From assembly GCF_000143415.4 (NCBI RefSeq), contig NW_003314330.1:124001-188000 (forward strand): 64,000 nucleotides of DNA, in the 5' to 3' direction. The notes under the pieces were generated by a model. That model did not search any database. It saw only the letters and a list, made by a program, of their open reading frames with translations, and was not told the DNA's origin. How positions within the stretch are numbered: position 1 is the first letter of the stretch; each line of letters opens with the position of its first letter. Position numbers and translations under genes: made by a program. The DNA is from Selaginella moellendorffii. Its lineage: Eukaryota; Plantae; Lycopodiophyta. Positions 11,700-23,400 of the stretch are shown here, piece after piece.

Positions 11700-14600
11700 C
11701 CCACGGCCTGTAAGCTGAAAGACAAAAGCCCAAGTCTTGCACATAGGAAGAATGAATATATAGGGGAGCCAAAATGGTTGAGAGGAAAAAATAGAAAATA
11801 TGAATGGAAAAAAAATAGGAATAGAGTATTGAGTTTGAAGACAGAAAAAAACCAACAACGAAAAATTGTGGGGTCAAACCGAAGAAAATTATAAGAGGAA
11901 AATGTGCTAAAGAAAACCTTTGCCCTCAAAGTTCAAGTGATGAAGATATAAGTGGATGAATGAAAATGTGGAATTACCCTGTTAATGACTAGAACTTGTA
12001 TTAAGTCCCTGAAATGAAGTTATGTACTATCTCTGTAACAATGTAGAAGAAAATATGGAAAATTATCTATGCCAAAATGGGATAGAAAATTCTATAAGGA
12101 CTTAGATGCCTAACCATGTATAGTATTACTAAAACCAAGCTCACATATAGTGTCATAAAGAATGGATATGGCATTTGCAGTCAACACAATAAAGAAAATT
12201 AATAATAATAACTATAACCGATGAAGAATAATGCTGAGAGAAAGATGATGATAGAGGAAAACCAAAAACTCCAAATATAACCTAGAAAAACTCAAAGCTT
12301 ATAACTGAGTTTTTCTATAGAATTTGAAACAGTCACTCCATCCAATTAAGAACAAGCAAAAAAGAAGCTAAGAGAAAATGGGAGAAAATGAAAAGAGAAG
12401 TATGAAAATGACATGAGAAAATTGAGGAAAAGAAATAAGAAAAACATAAAAAGCTGACAACTTTAGAAAGGGGAAGTTAAAAAACCATTATCAAGCTGCA
12501 AACCAAGAATCATACAGAGATTTTAGTTTTGGCAATTGATATACTCAATGCCAAAAGGAAGTGAAGAAGAAATATGCCAAACCAAGGACAACTGTAAGAA
12601 AACGAAAAAAAACAGAAAACAAAACTTCTTTGACAAAAAGTAGTAGACATTTGGCCAGAAATTCACAAAGATCTCTCACTCTGCAAAGATGCATGGCAAT
12701 AGTAGAAAAAAATGGAAAATGTGTTGGGCATTAGAGCAGCACGAGAATCTTTCATGACAAAGCTCTAGATTCACGAAGAAAATCTTGCAACTTGATCTAT
12801 CTATCTAATCTATGCTGCAAACCCAAACCTCCGCTCGAGTGCCATGCCCTTAGGTCTTCCTTCCATTCACTCATGACGAAATGATAAAATTTCGGTGGAA
12901 GAAAAAAAAAGAAAAGGGATGGAAATGGAACTTTGGAATGGAAATGGAAATTTGGTGATATCACCAAATTGTTGAGCATGAGGAAATTCAAGTTTTATCT
13001 TATGTTCTTGAGTCTTGGTTTTGTCTTTTTGTAGGTTGAAACTTTAACACATCTATACAACATGTTGAAACTCTCTAGTGGTGTTTTCAAACCGGCTTGA
13101 GGTTGAGGTTGGGGTCAAGGTTTTAAACATAGACTTGGGTGGTGTTAGAGAGGCCACCTAAAGAAGTGTTCAAAAGTAATTCCCACTCTTGGAAGGGAAA
13201 TCATTTACAATGCTTCTAGCTCATGTGGAGTGATGCCCCATTTAAATATCATGTGGCTCATTGGTCCTCACCCTTTTTTAAGGGTTTAAGCTTTCTCTTT
13301 GGGATGGAAATGAGGGAGTAAGGGTACTTATACTAGATTATTATGCCATGGTGTTTTCATTTGGGGTCCTAAAGCAAAAGATGCACCCAAGATTTGGGAT
13401 TTTAATCAATTTTTATTGTACTAAAGGATATTAGGAATTTAGAAGCTTAGTTAGGGCCCCCAAAGGCAGAAGGTGGGGAAAGTCCCTACAAGGTTCATGT
13501 TAGATTGTGGTGTTTCGAAAAAATGTCAAGTTCTGGACTGTGGAAAAGAAGTAGAGAAATCATCTTGTGTAGTGACTAAAAATACAGTGAAATGGTAAAG
13601 AAGTCCTAAAAGTCAATGGGACAAACCTTTGGAGTGGTGGTGTTGGCAAATACAGCTTTGGATGAAAAAAAACTTAGTGGGGACAAAAAATTAATATTGA
13701 GGAAGGGTATTTTCTATGTTTCAGTTAATTGTCTTTGAGTTTGAATTATAAAAGTTAGGTGACCTTTCGAGAAATTCAAATTCAATAGCTTACATTTAGT
13801 ATTAAAGAGGTTTAAGATCCAACTTTATTAATTAGCTAGGCTCGACCCAAGGGGTAAAGTGCCAAAAAAGCATGGCTCTTAGGAGATTTATGGTTTTTAT
13901 CTTTCATTCATGAGAGCATGAGAGCATGAATTTGTAGAGAAGTGTGGTGGATTGTAAGTAATCAAAAAAAATAATTCGAAAGACCATAAAATAGAGAAAA
14001 AGCTCATGAATGAATAAGAGTGCACCCCTTTTTTTAATTGGTTAAGGGTCATAAAATTTTAATAGAAGAAATAAATATATTGGTTGGTTACTATTAATAT
14101 AGATTACCAATACTTAAAGCTAAAAATAATTGTTAGAATGCACTACTCTAAGTCAAAGTGGTAATAAAATACTTGCTCCTCATGATCACCATCTTATGAC
14201 TTATTTAGCTTTAAAAGCATAAAGCTAGCATGCAAAATATCTAATATTTCTATTAGTGGATAAGTATCTTGTAGGCCATCATGAAGATTTAGTGCCCAAA
14301 GTCATTGGTAAAAAGGTCACTGTTACTACCAAAGAAGTGAACTCAAATTCCATAATAAAATAAATGAGGATTCTTGAAAATGATAAAGTAGTAAACAAGA
14401 TAACATATTAGGGTGGATGCATCTCTTCCAAAAGTTTCTAATAAATGCTACTAAGGAAGACTTCTTCTCTCAAGATTCAACTTAGCAGCAACAAAGTCTA
14501 TTCTTCAAGTAACACTTAGCTATGGTAGTCTTATATGAAGCATTATACTCAAAAACATTCATCACCATCTACTTGTTTACTGGATTTTGATTTACTCCAG

Positions 14601-15420
14601 ATGTTAAAAATCCTCCTCAGGCATGCTATAGAGCTCATTTTCTTTAGAAATGAACACATGACTAGATAAACAAACACCTCCATATATAGAATATTAGGAA
14701 TCTTTATTGTAATAATTGATTAGTAAGTTCTGAGAAAATGAGTTAACATGGGAGGAGTATTTTTAAAACACTGTCCAGTTGGGCTGAAAAAATAAAGCAT
14801 GATAGAAGTAAAGATTCTAAAAACTATTCAAAAAGAGGATTGTTGAAAAAGATGATAAGCATGAATGTAGTGGAAGGTGAATATGTGAAGATGGAAAAAG
14901 GTTATAAAGGATGAATAATGTGGGAGTGTCAAGAATGGTCGTGCAATCAGCAAAGATGTGTTGTAGATCATCTTGGGAAAAATCAATGATAAATCTAGAG
15001 CTACCAATAATCATAATATAAACATGTAAATGTGACTGGACTTTTGAGAAAAGATTAAACCAAGCAAATGAACTTTGACTGTTAAATCGATTAGATCTAG
15101 AATTCATGAAGACAAAAAGCAATATTTGCCATAGATCCTTTGATAGAAAAGACAATGATGCCTCAGCTATAAAGTGAGGCATCCCACTATGATCACCATC
15201 TATTGCAAGGGAATCTCACAACTTTTCTATGCTCCCGAGATCACATGGTAATGAATCTCTCACTAAAAAGGCCAAGAGAAAAAGATGTTGAACAAAATGG
15301 TTGCCAGAAAAGAAAAACTATGAAAGAATCTCTCCATTTTCTTCCAGTGTATTTAACTGATCTCCATACACCCTTTTCTTTCATTTGTAGCAGCAGCACA
15401 AAGAATAATATATAATCTGC
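11700..15420. mobile_element. AT-rich, heavily decayed transposon-derived tract (possibly LINE remnants)
   Basis: No intact ORF, CpG-poor and purine-skewed; faint RT-like words (FAIDPLIE) near 15120. Confidence 0.3.
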
Positions 15421-16302
15421 AAAATCTCAAATGTACCTTTGTGAACTGATGTGTTGTGGAGTCGTTTACAACATGCGCATCCTGTTTGTAAAGTAGAATT
15501 CATCTGCATACAAAGTGCAAAGAAAATTAGAACATTGGTAAACTTGGGAAAAACAAAAAACGCTCAATGCATCCAGTTAAATACACTGGAGGAGAAGCCT
15601 ACCCAATAGAGAACGATCTCTTAACTATTGTAGAGAATAATCTGCAATCTGCAAAGATCTCATCAAATCATTGTGGTTTTTTCACCTGCTTCTGATGATG
15701 GCCACTCCCGCTCAAAAATGATGTTTGGAGCTGGTAAAGTCGCCTGTTCTGGATGTGAAGAACTCGAACCGTGAGATTTGGCTGGCCAGACTAGCATAAA
15801 ATCGTTGCAAAACTGTCAGCCGTGCTCTATAAACTCCAGCTTCCAGGTTCGCAGAATGAGAATGCTCTTTCATATTCCTTGCAATTCACCGCACACAAAT
15901 CGTGAAAAAAGTTTGCGTGCTTAAAGGCGAAATCAGTCTGGCAAGCAAATCTCTTTGAAGTTTTTGATAGCTACTAACTTTGCTTGTTCGTTTATCTGTT
16001 TTTTTCTTGCGGATATCGAAAAATTCTCGTCTCACTGACTTGAAAATTCCGTGTTCTTGCTGAGAACACTATAACAAAAACAAGATGGACATCCATGCGA
16101 ACAAACAAACTTGGTGTTACACATTCAAAGAACAGGATTTTAAGATAGTCTTCTTCCATAAACAAACTGTAAAAATTAATCGAATGTAACAAAGAACTAC
16201 ATTCTTCGCAGAAAATACAAACGAAGATTTCCTCGACCATTGTTGACACTCCTAAGATGTGGGAGAAATCAATCAACATAGATTTCGAGCTAGGCTAGTC
16301 TT

Positions 16303-16973
16303 TTAGCTCTCAGCTATGGGCTTGAGCCTGATGAGCCTTCGTATGCGATCTTTGTCAGTGTGTTCTAGCATTCCCTACAAGGAAAGAACGAGAAAAACGA
16401 CGATACTCCTTTTGCGAATTGATCAACAAGCCTACCTGGGAGACGATCTCGTCCAGGCACAAGCAAATCTTCCCGTACTTGTCTAGAAAAATTCGCTCAG
16501 TCGGAATTTTCTTGCACACATCTTTCACGGAGGAAGTGATCGAGAATAGAACTTCCACCACTGCAAAGTTCACGCGAAAATGTGTGTGTGTGAGAGAAGA
16601 GATCTCTAGAATCTTACATGTAAGTTCGTCGTATTCATCCTTTCCCACCGTGAAGATCCATATCTCTCCCATCACAGTGTAAGTGATATGGACGGATCTG
16701 GACTAAGAAGAAAGGCGTGATGGATTTGATGCGAGAAGGAAAATCAAGCTACATTCTTACTTGTGAGACGCCACAAAGGATTCCTCGTCGCGAGCGCCCT
16801 TGAGATTATCCGTGCCGAGCTTCACCAGGAATGATCTCCAGTGAAGGCGCTCCTCGCCGGGAACTCCATGAAATCTGGCGCCAGATCTCTCAGATTGAGC
16901 TAAGAACGATCACACCTTACCTCTCGAGCAGCACATTGCCGGAGGAATTCGCGAAAAGGACGCACATAAGCAT
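16303..16973 (-). CDS. LOLITA: LOLITA (longin-like small subunit of the TPLATE/TSET complex)
   Basis: Spliced protein MLMCVLFANSSGNVLLERFHGVPGEERLHWRSFLVKLG...VGKDEYDEL...PTERIFLDKYGKICLCLDEIV...TDKDRIRRLIRLKP. Confidence 0.9.
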
Positions 16974-17018
16974 CCTTGCCCAGATTTAGGGTTCTTCAGA
17001 TTTTTAGGGTTTTTAGAG
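16974..17018. promoter_or_regulatory. 45-bp spacer between divergent start codons containing telo-box-like motifs
   Basis: TTTAGGGTT at about 16985 and TTTAGGGTTT at about 17003 between the LOLITA ATG (16973) and SYF2 ATG (17019). Confidence 0.55.
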
Positions 17019-18140
17019 ATGGAGAAGGAGAGCCGGGTCCATCCCGCCTGCATCAACGCGTCCAATCCGTATCACGAGTGCTCGCAATACTGCTTCCGGA
17101 AGATCGCCGAAGCGCGCGCCACAGGTAAGGATCATTCTCTCGCGTTCTTCCGGTACAGATTTTGCGAAATTTTTTGCAGTGACCGAGGAATTGCCGAATG
17201 CGGGGCCTGTAGAAGACGAGAAAGAACAAGCGCCAGAGGTTGAAGAAGAAAAAGAAGCTCCAGTTCCAGTTCCTCCTCTAATCGAGGACGAATCTGGCTT
17301 GGATGAGCGGCAAAAGAAGCTGAGGCTGCTACAGCGGAAAATGGTATTTTGTATTTTCTTACTTTGGTTAGAAACTAGAACTTACGTTCTTTGTTGGTGG
17401 TGCTAGGACGAAGCTCGAAAGAAGAACGAGCAAGCCATGATGGCCGAGAGGAAAAAGCAGGACGCTCCCAAAGAAGAGAGAGGCGTCTCCAAGCAAAAGT
17501 GGTTCGAGGAGAAGCAAAAGCAAGCTGGAAAGCGCCTGGAGTTTAGTGGGATTGACAAATCGAAGATGTACATGCTGGACACACAAGAAGCCGCCGAAGA
17601 GAAGTATAAAAAACGTGACAAGAATCCTGCTCCTTTTGGATGGGATGGTAATAAGTCAATTGCGTTTCGGATCGAACTATGTATCCTAATATCTTTCTTC
17701 TTTTGTTGTTTCTGTAGTCTTCAACCAGAAGTCCTTGTATAACGCCTACAAGAAGCGGGCGAAGACAATCCCGAATACAGTGGAGGAGTACGCGAAAGTC
17801 CGAGATAATGACCCCGACTTCTACTGTAACGAGACCAGCCTACAATACGGGAAGGTAGCGATCAATCATTTTCTGCAAGTCCCAGCCTAGCTCAACGCTG
17901 TTGTTGTTTCAGACTCCCGCTGTCCCGGAGGAATTCGTCGATAGGATGGTCCAAGAGCTCGAAGGGAGGATTTCCAAGCGGAAGGACTTCAGCCGGAGAC
18001 GCAAGTACCACGAGGAAAAAGACATCGACTCCATCAACGAGAGAAACGAACATTTCAACCGCAAGATCGAGAGAGCGTTTGGCAAATACACTGTCGAGAT
18101 CAAGAACAACTTGGAACGAGGCACTGCTCTGCCAGATTAA
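17019..18140 (+). CDS. SYF2: SYF2 pre-mRNA splicing factor
   Basis: Plant-type N-terminus HPACINASNPYHECSQYC; PFGWD, FSRRRKYHEEKDIDSINERNEHFNRKIERAFGKYTVEIKNNLERGTALPD. Confidence 0.93.
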
Positions 18141-18244
18141 GCACCACAAATGAGAGAGAGAAAAAGGGAGAATCTCGGTATGTACGTTTCACTTTGTAAC
18201 GCAATCTCGGTCTACGCATTTACGTGGAAAGGGTCGTTTGCTTT

Positions 18245-19816
18245 TCAGCTCTCTCGAGCGCGAGCATTCGACCAAAGAACATACGGTATGGCGAGTTTGG
18301 AATCTAGCTGAGCTACATTTTTTGCGGCGTCTAGCTGGTGATGGTGGCCCGAGCTGAGCAGCAAGTTGGTCCACGCGACAACCCCTGGCTGGAAGGGCAT
18401 ATGCTGCATCAAGTCGCGACAGTCCCCCGGGATTCGGGCCCTGGCAAGCATGTCAACAACGCAGACGTAATGCTCCTCGGTCATCTCCACGTCGAAATCA
18501 GCCGCCATCGATGAGCAGTGATCCAAGGCGGTGGCCAGCTCCCCGCGACGACTCGAGGCACACAAAACGCTGCGGAAAGTGACTTGGTTTGGCATCACGC
18601 CTTCCAAGATCATGTCTCGAAACAGGCCCAGGCACGCATCCCAATCCGCAGCTCGAGCGGCCGCGGTGATCACGGCTGTCCAGGGGACAACGCTGTTCGT
18701 GTGGCGGATCGATTGGAAGGCCCCGAGAGTTGCTTCCAGGGTGGAACACTTTCCAAAGGCCGAGACAATCGCGCTGCCGACGCTCACGTCTTCGTCTAGG
18801 CCGAAGCTGGCGGCCTCGGAGCAAATGAGCTTGGCCATTGGGAGCAGTGACGCGGATCCGCAGGCATCCAAGACGTTTAAAAATGTGATCTTGTTTGGGC
18901 GGACGCCTTCGAGATCCATCGTGGAAAACGTTCGCACGGCGTCCGAGTGGAGGCCGTGACGGGCATATGCGGAGATCATGGCGGACCAGGCAACCACATT
19001 TTTTTGTGGAGCGGAATTAAATGCTGCTACTGATTTGGGGAGCTCGCTGTTTGTGGAGTATGCGGAGATCATCACGTTCCAAGCCGCGGAATCCTTGACG
19101 GTGATGTCTTGGAAGATTTCCTCGGCTTGGCACAGATGCCCGGCCTGGGCATTTGCAGAGATCATAGCAGTACGAAGAATTGTGTCTCTTTTGTGCGAAG
19201 GAACTTTGTTGTAGACCTCTTGGGCTTGATTGAAACTTCCTAGTTTTGTGAGCCATGTGATTAGAGATGTTGCGATTTGAGGACTTGAGATCAGTCCACA
19301 ATCATTGGCAACGGTTTGGATCATAGTTATAAAGTGATGATGCAGTGATTCGGAACCTAAACTTATGAAACTGGAAACGCTGGGTCGAGTTCCTTCTAGG
19401 AGCATCTTTTCAAAACACTCAAGTGCATCTTGCAAATGCCCGTTCATGGCAAATGCTGAAATCATGGCATTCCATGTTACAACGTTCTTTTGTGGCATTT
19501 TCTGAAATATAGAAAATGCGTGATAGACATGTCCGATTCGGCCATACCCTGCAAGAATCGTCGTCCACGACGCGATATTTGGGCACGGCATGGCTTCAAA
19601 CATTACCTCCGCCTTTTGCATATGCCCTCTATGGGCATATGCCGACATTATAAGATTCCATGACAGTGTGCTCTTTTTCCGAATGTCAGTGAAAACCGCA
19701 AAAGCTGCGTCGAGCTCCCCACGCTTGCCGTAATGTTGTACCAGCGAATTTGCAAAAGAGACATCTGCGAGCGAGAATTTTCCACTTTGCAAGTCGATGA
19801 GCACCATGATGCCCAC
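18245..19816 (-). CDS. PLS-class PPR protein with E domain
   Basis: Repeated NVVTWNAMISA motifs, HYVCVVDMLAR, MPFQPGVVAW; intronless; true start uncertain. Confidence 0.88.
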   Translation of the reverse strand: MGIMVLIDLQSGKFSLADVSFANSLVQHYGKRGELDAAFAVFTDIRKKSTLSWNLIMSAYAHRGHMQKAEVMFEAMPCPNIASWTTILAGYGRIGHVYHAFSIFQKMPQKNVVTWNAMISAFAMNGHLQDALECFEKMLLEGTRPSVSSFISLGSESLHHHFITMIQTVANDCGLISSPQIATSLITWLTKLGSFNQAQEVYNKVPSHKRDTILRTAMISANAQAGHLCQAEEIFQDITVKDSAAWNVMISAYSTNSELPKSVAAFNSAPQKNVVAWSAMISAYARHGLHSDAVRTFSTMDLEGVRPNKITFLNVLDACGSASLLPMAKLICSEAASFGLDEDVSVGSAIVSAFGKCSTLEATLGAFQSIRHTNSVVPWTAVITAAARAADWDACLGLFRDMILEGVMPNQVTFRSVLCASSRRGELATALDHCSSMAADFDVEMTEEHYVCVVDMLARARIPGDCRDLMQHMPFQPGVVAWTNLLLSSGHHHQLDAAKNVAQLDSKLAIPYVLWSNARARES

Positions 19817-20440
19817 TTCTCAACTTTTTAAAGTTCCCAAACACCATCGTGCGAGAATCAGTCCTTTCCAAATGGTGGAGGAGATGGGATTCGTGAGAGA
19901 AATTGAGGACCTTCCAATCAAATTGAAGAGCTTTTGCGGAGGAATAGATTCACAGCTGATACAGTCCCTTGGTTGGACCATCCAATTATCAAGCTTGGAA
20001 CAAAATTCTATCGGATCACTCCACAGTTGACTGTGAATGCATAAACAAGATTTTTCCTTACACAACGTTTGTATTAAAATAGAGTTTGAGTGACACCGCA
20101 TTGTCACAAAGAAAATCACCACGTGTTTTGGTGATTTTGATAAGTTGCGTGGAGAAAATTGTGTTCTGTAGCGAGGAAAATATTCCGATGGTTCCTCGCA
20201 AGGTTCTTCGAATTGTAACATTGAGAAAGAGTGTGGAAGTTTGGAGCCCATAATTTATACCTAGGTTATGAGAAAAATCATGTGAGTGTCGATATCGACC
20301 CGGATGACACTTCGCTTCTCTCCTTCCTTCGAGATTCCAAATGCTGGCCGATCGGGGATAGGGATGGTCGCGGATTTCTCTTAGATCGGCCTCGAAATAT
20401 TTCGGGCCCGTCGATCGATCGATCGGGGTTCTTTCCCTCC

Positions 20441-23400
20441 ATGGCGGAGCTTGGGGGATCTAGCGGCGTGGTGGAGGGCGAGGGGAGGATTTCCTTGAGC
20501 GAGAATACCTGGGAGGAGAGGGTGTTTGGACGGCCGTTGAGCGATTCGCGGCGGGCCGAGGATGAGGCGACGCTCAAGTGGATCGCGCTCCAGAAGCTGC
20601 CGAGCATGGATCGAATGCGCACGGCGCTGGTCCGGGGCGATGGCGGGGAGAAGGATTTCGAGGCGGTGGATGTGGCCAAGCTGGGGATCGCTTACAAGCA
20701 GCGGATTATGGAGCAAGTGGCGCTCGACAACGAGCGATTCTTGCGGAAGCTGCGGGATCGCATTGACAAGTAAGGGATGGAAAGATCCATTCTTTCTCCC
20801 TTTTCTTAAAATCCATCTCTCTTGATCTTGGAGACTCATCCCTCTCCTCTCCCATTTCCAGTTTTCATCGTGAGCCTACGATGTGCTTGGATCTTTCTCA
20901 TTTCTTTCTTTCGATTCTTTTGGTTTTTTGTTTTGTTCTAGAGTGGAGATCGATCTACCCAAGATCGAAGTTCGCTTCCAGGATTTACATGTTGATGCTG
21001 ATGTTTATGTTGGAGGCCGGGCTCTCCCCACGCTTTACAACTACACCATCAACACGATCGAAGTATGATAAGCTGGGAACTCCTCTTTCTCTATCTTTTC
21101 TCTCCTTCTCCAAGTTGACTCTGTGTTTGATATCTTTGTTCTTGGCCGGAATTCCAGGAGCTCTTTGGATCGCTTCGGCTATCTCCTACTAAGAAACGAG
21201 TGCTCACCATCCTTGACAACGTTACTGGCATCATCAAGCCGTGCAGGTGCTAACTAGATCACGCAATCCTTGTTGAAACATTTGCTTCTTCCCATTTTTC
21301 TGGATTGTTTTCCAGGCTGACTTTACTTCTGGGACCTCCCGGCTCGGGAAAGACAACTTTCTTAAAGGCACTATGCGGAAAGTTAGATCACGACCTCCGG
21401 GTAATACTATTTGTTTTGGTTCTTTTGGATACTTGTTGGACACACAAGCTTTTCAGGTCTCAGGGAACGTTACATACAATGGATGCGAGTTTAACGAGTT
21501 TGTGCCACACAGGACGTCGGGATATATCAGCCAGACTGACCTTCACACCCCGGAGCTTACTGTCCGAGAGACCCTGGACTTTTCTTGTCGGTGTCAAGGT
21601 GTTGGATCACGATATGGTAAGATCGATGTTTGACGAGCTTGACACTGACGAGCTCTTTTGTTTGCTCTTTAGATATGCTTGCGGAGCTCTGTAGACGTGA
21701 GAAGGCTGCTGGAATCAAACCAGACCCTGATATTGATGCTTTTATGAAGGTAAGAGCTGAGAGCTGAGAATGTTTATCGTGATTATAGTTCTTCTATGTC
21801 GGATTTATTAATTCTCTTTTGTGTCAGGCTTTGGCTTTGGAAGGACAGGAACGAAACATTCGGACGGACTACGTTCTCAAGGTAAAGTTCCTGATCTATA
21901 TACTATGTCGTCGCATTTACTCTTAAGTTTTATGCCCGCGGCCACAGGTTTTAGGACTCGACATATGTGCTGACACGCTAGTTGGCGATCAAATGCGTCG
22001 CGGAATTTCTGGTGGGCAGAAGAAACGACTTACAACAGGTAAGTAAAAGTCTCTCAAGACAGTTCTAAGCAGTACTGACTTTGTTTACTCTGTCAGGAGA
22101 AGTTCTTGTTGGACCAGCAAAAGCTTTGTTCATGGATGAGATCTCGACAGGCCTAGACAGCTCCACTACGTACCAAATTGTCAAGCATTTGAGGCAAACT
22201 GTGCACAATGCCGACTACACCATCATTGTCTCGCTTCTCCAGCCGGCTCCAGAGGTTTACAATCTCTTCGACGATCTTATATTGCTTGCCGAGGGGAGTA
22301 TAATCTATCAAGGACCCTGCAACATGATTCTCGATTTCTTTTATTCGCTGGGATTCAAGTGTCCTGAAAGAAAAGGCGTGGCAGACTTTCTCCAGGAGGT
22401 AAATTCATAGAAAAAGAAAGGAACGAGATCTCAAACTTGCTCTTAATGTCAGGTGATATCAAGAAAGGACCAGGAACAGTACTGGATGGATTCAAGTCGA
22501 GAGTATAGATATGTTTCTGTGGAAGACTTCGCGCTAGCTTTCTCAAGGCATCATATTGGCCAGGATCTAGCGAGAGAACTCAAAGTGCCGTACGACAAGT
22601 CCAAGAGCAATCCTGCTGCTTTGGTGACAAAGCAATATGGGTCAACCAGCTGGAACATCTTTCAAGCTTGCGTTGCGAAAGAAGTTCTTCTCATGAAACG
22701 CAATGCTTTTATCTATGCTTTTAAAACCACACAGGTTTGTGTGTACTATTCTCTTTTTGTTTAAGCGAAGTTCTAACTATGATTTTATGATTGTTCTTCC
22801 TTGCAGATTTTGGTGATGGCGACCGTGAGTATGACCGTGTTCTTGCGAACGCAGCATCACATTTCTGTCACAGACGGAACTATTCTGGTTTCTTCTCTTT
22901 TCTACTCGATCGTTGTCATCATGTTTAATGGTTTTGCGGAGCTCGCAATGACCATTAACAGGTTACCAATATTTTACAAGCAACGGAACTTGCTCTATCC
23001 GTCTTGGGCATTTTCCGTTCCGGCTTGGATCATGAGAATGCCCTTCTCGCTGCTTGAGACTGCGATTTGGGTGCTCCTAACTTACTGGGTTATCGGCTAT
23101 GCTCCAGAGGTTGGAAGGTAAGAACTTATGTTCCCTCTTGAGCATTATCTTTCCCTGAGTGGTTGAAAACATGTAGATTCTTTCGCCAGTTTTTGCTGCT
23201 CTTCACGCTTCACAACATGGCAATGTCTGGATTTCGTTTCATGGCATCTTTGGGAAGAACTATGCTCGTTGCAAATACTTTTGGTTCCTTTTCGCTGGTA
23301 CTCGTCTTCATTCTTGGTGGTTTTGTCATCTCTCGAAGTAAGTTGAAGACAAACCTTTTTTTCTTATGGACACTAAAGTTTGGTATAGATGCTATTCATC

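Noticed and set aside
15420-16280. Possible gene downstream of LOLITA
   Set aside because: Only short ORFs without motifs; may be UTR or non-coding exons.
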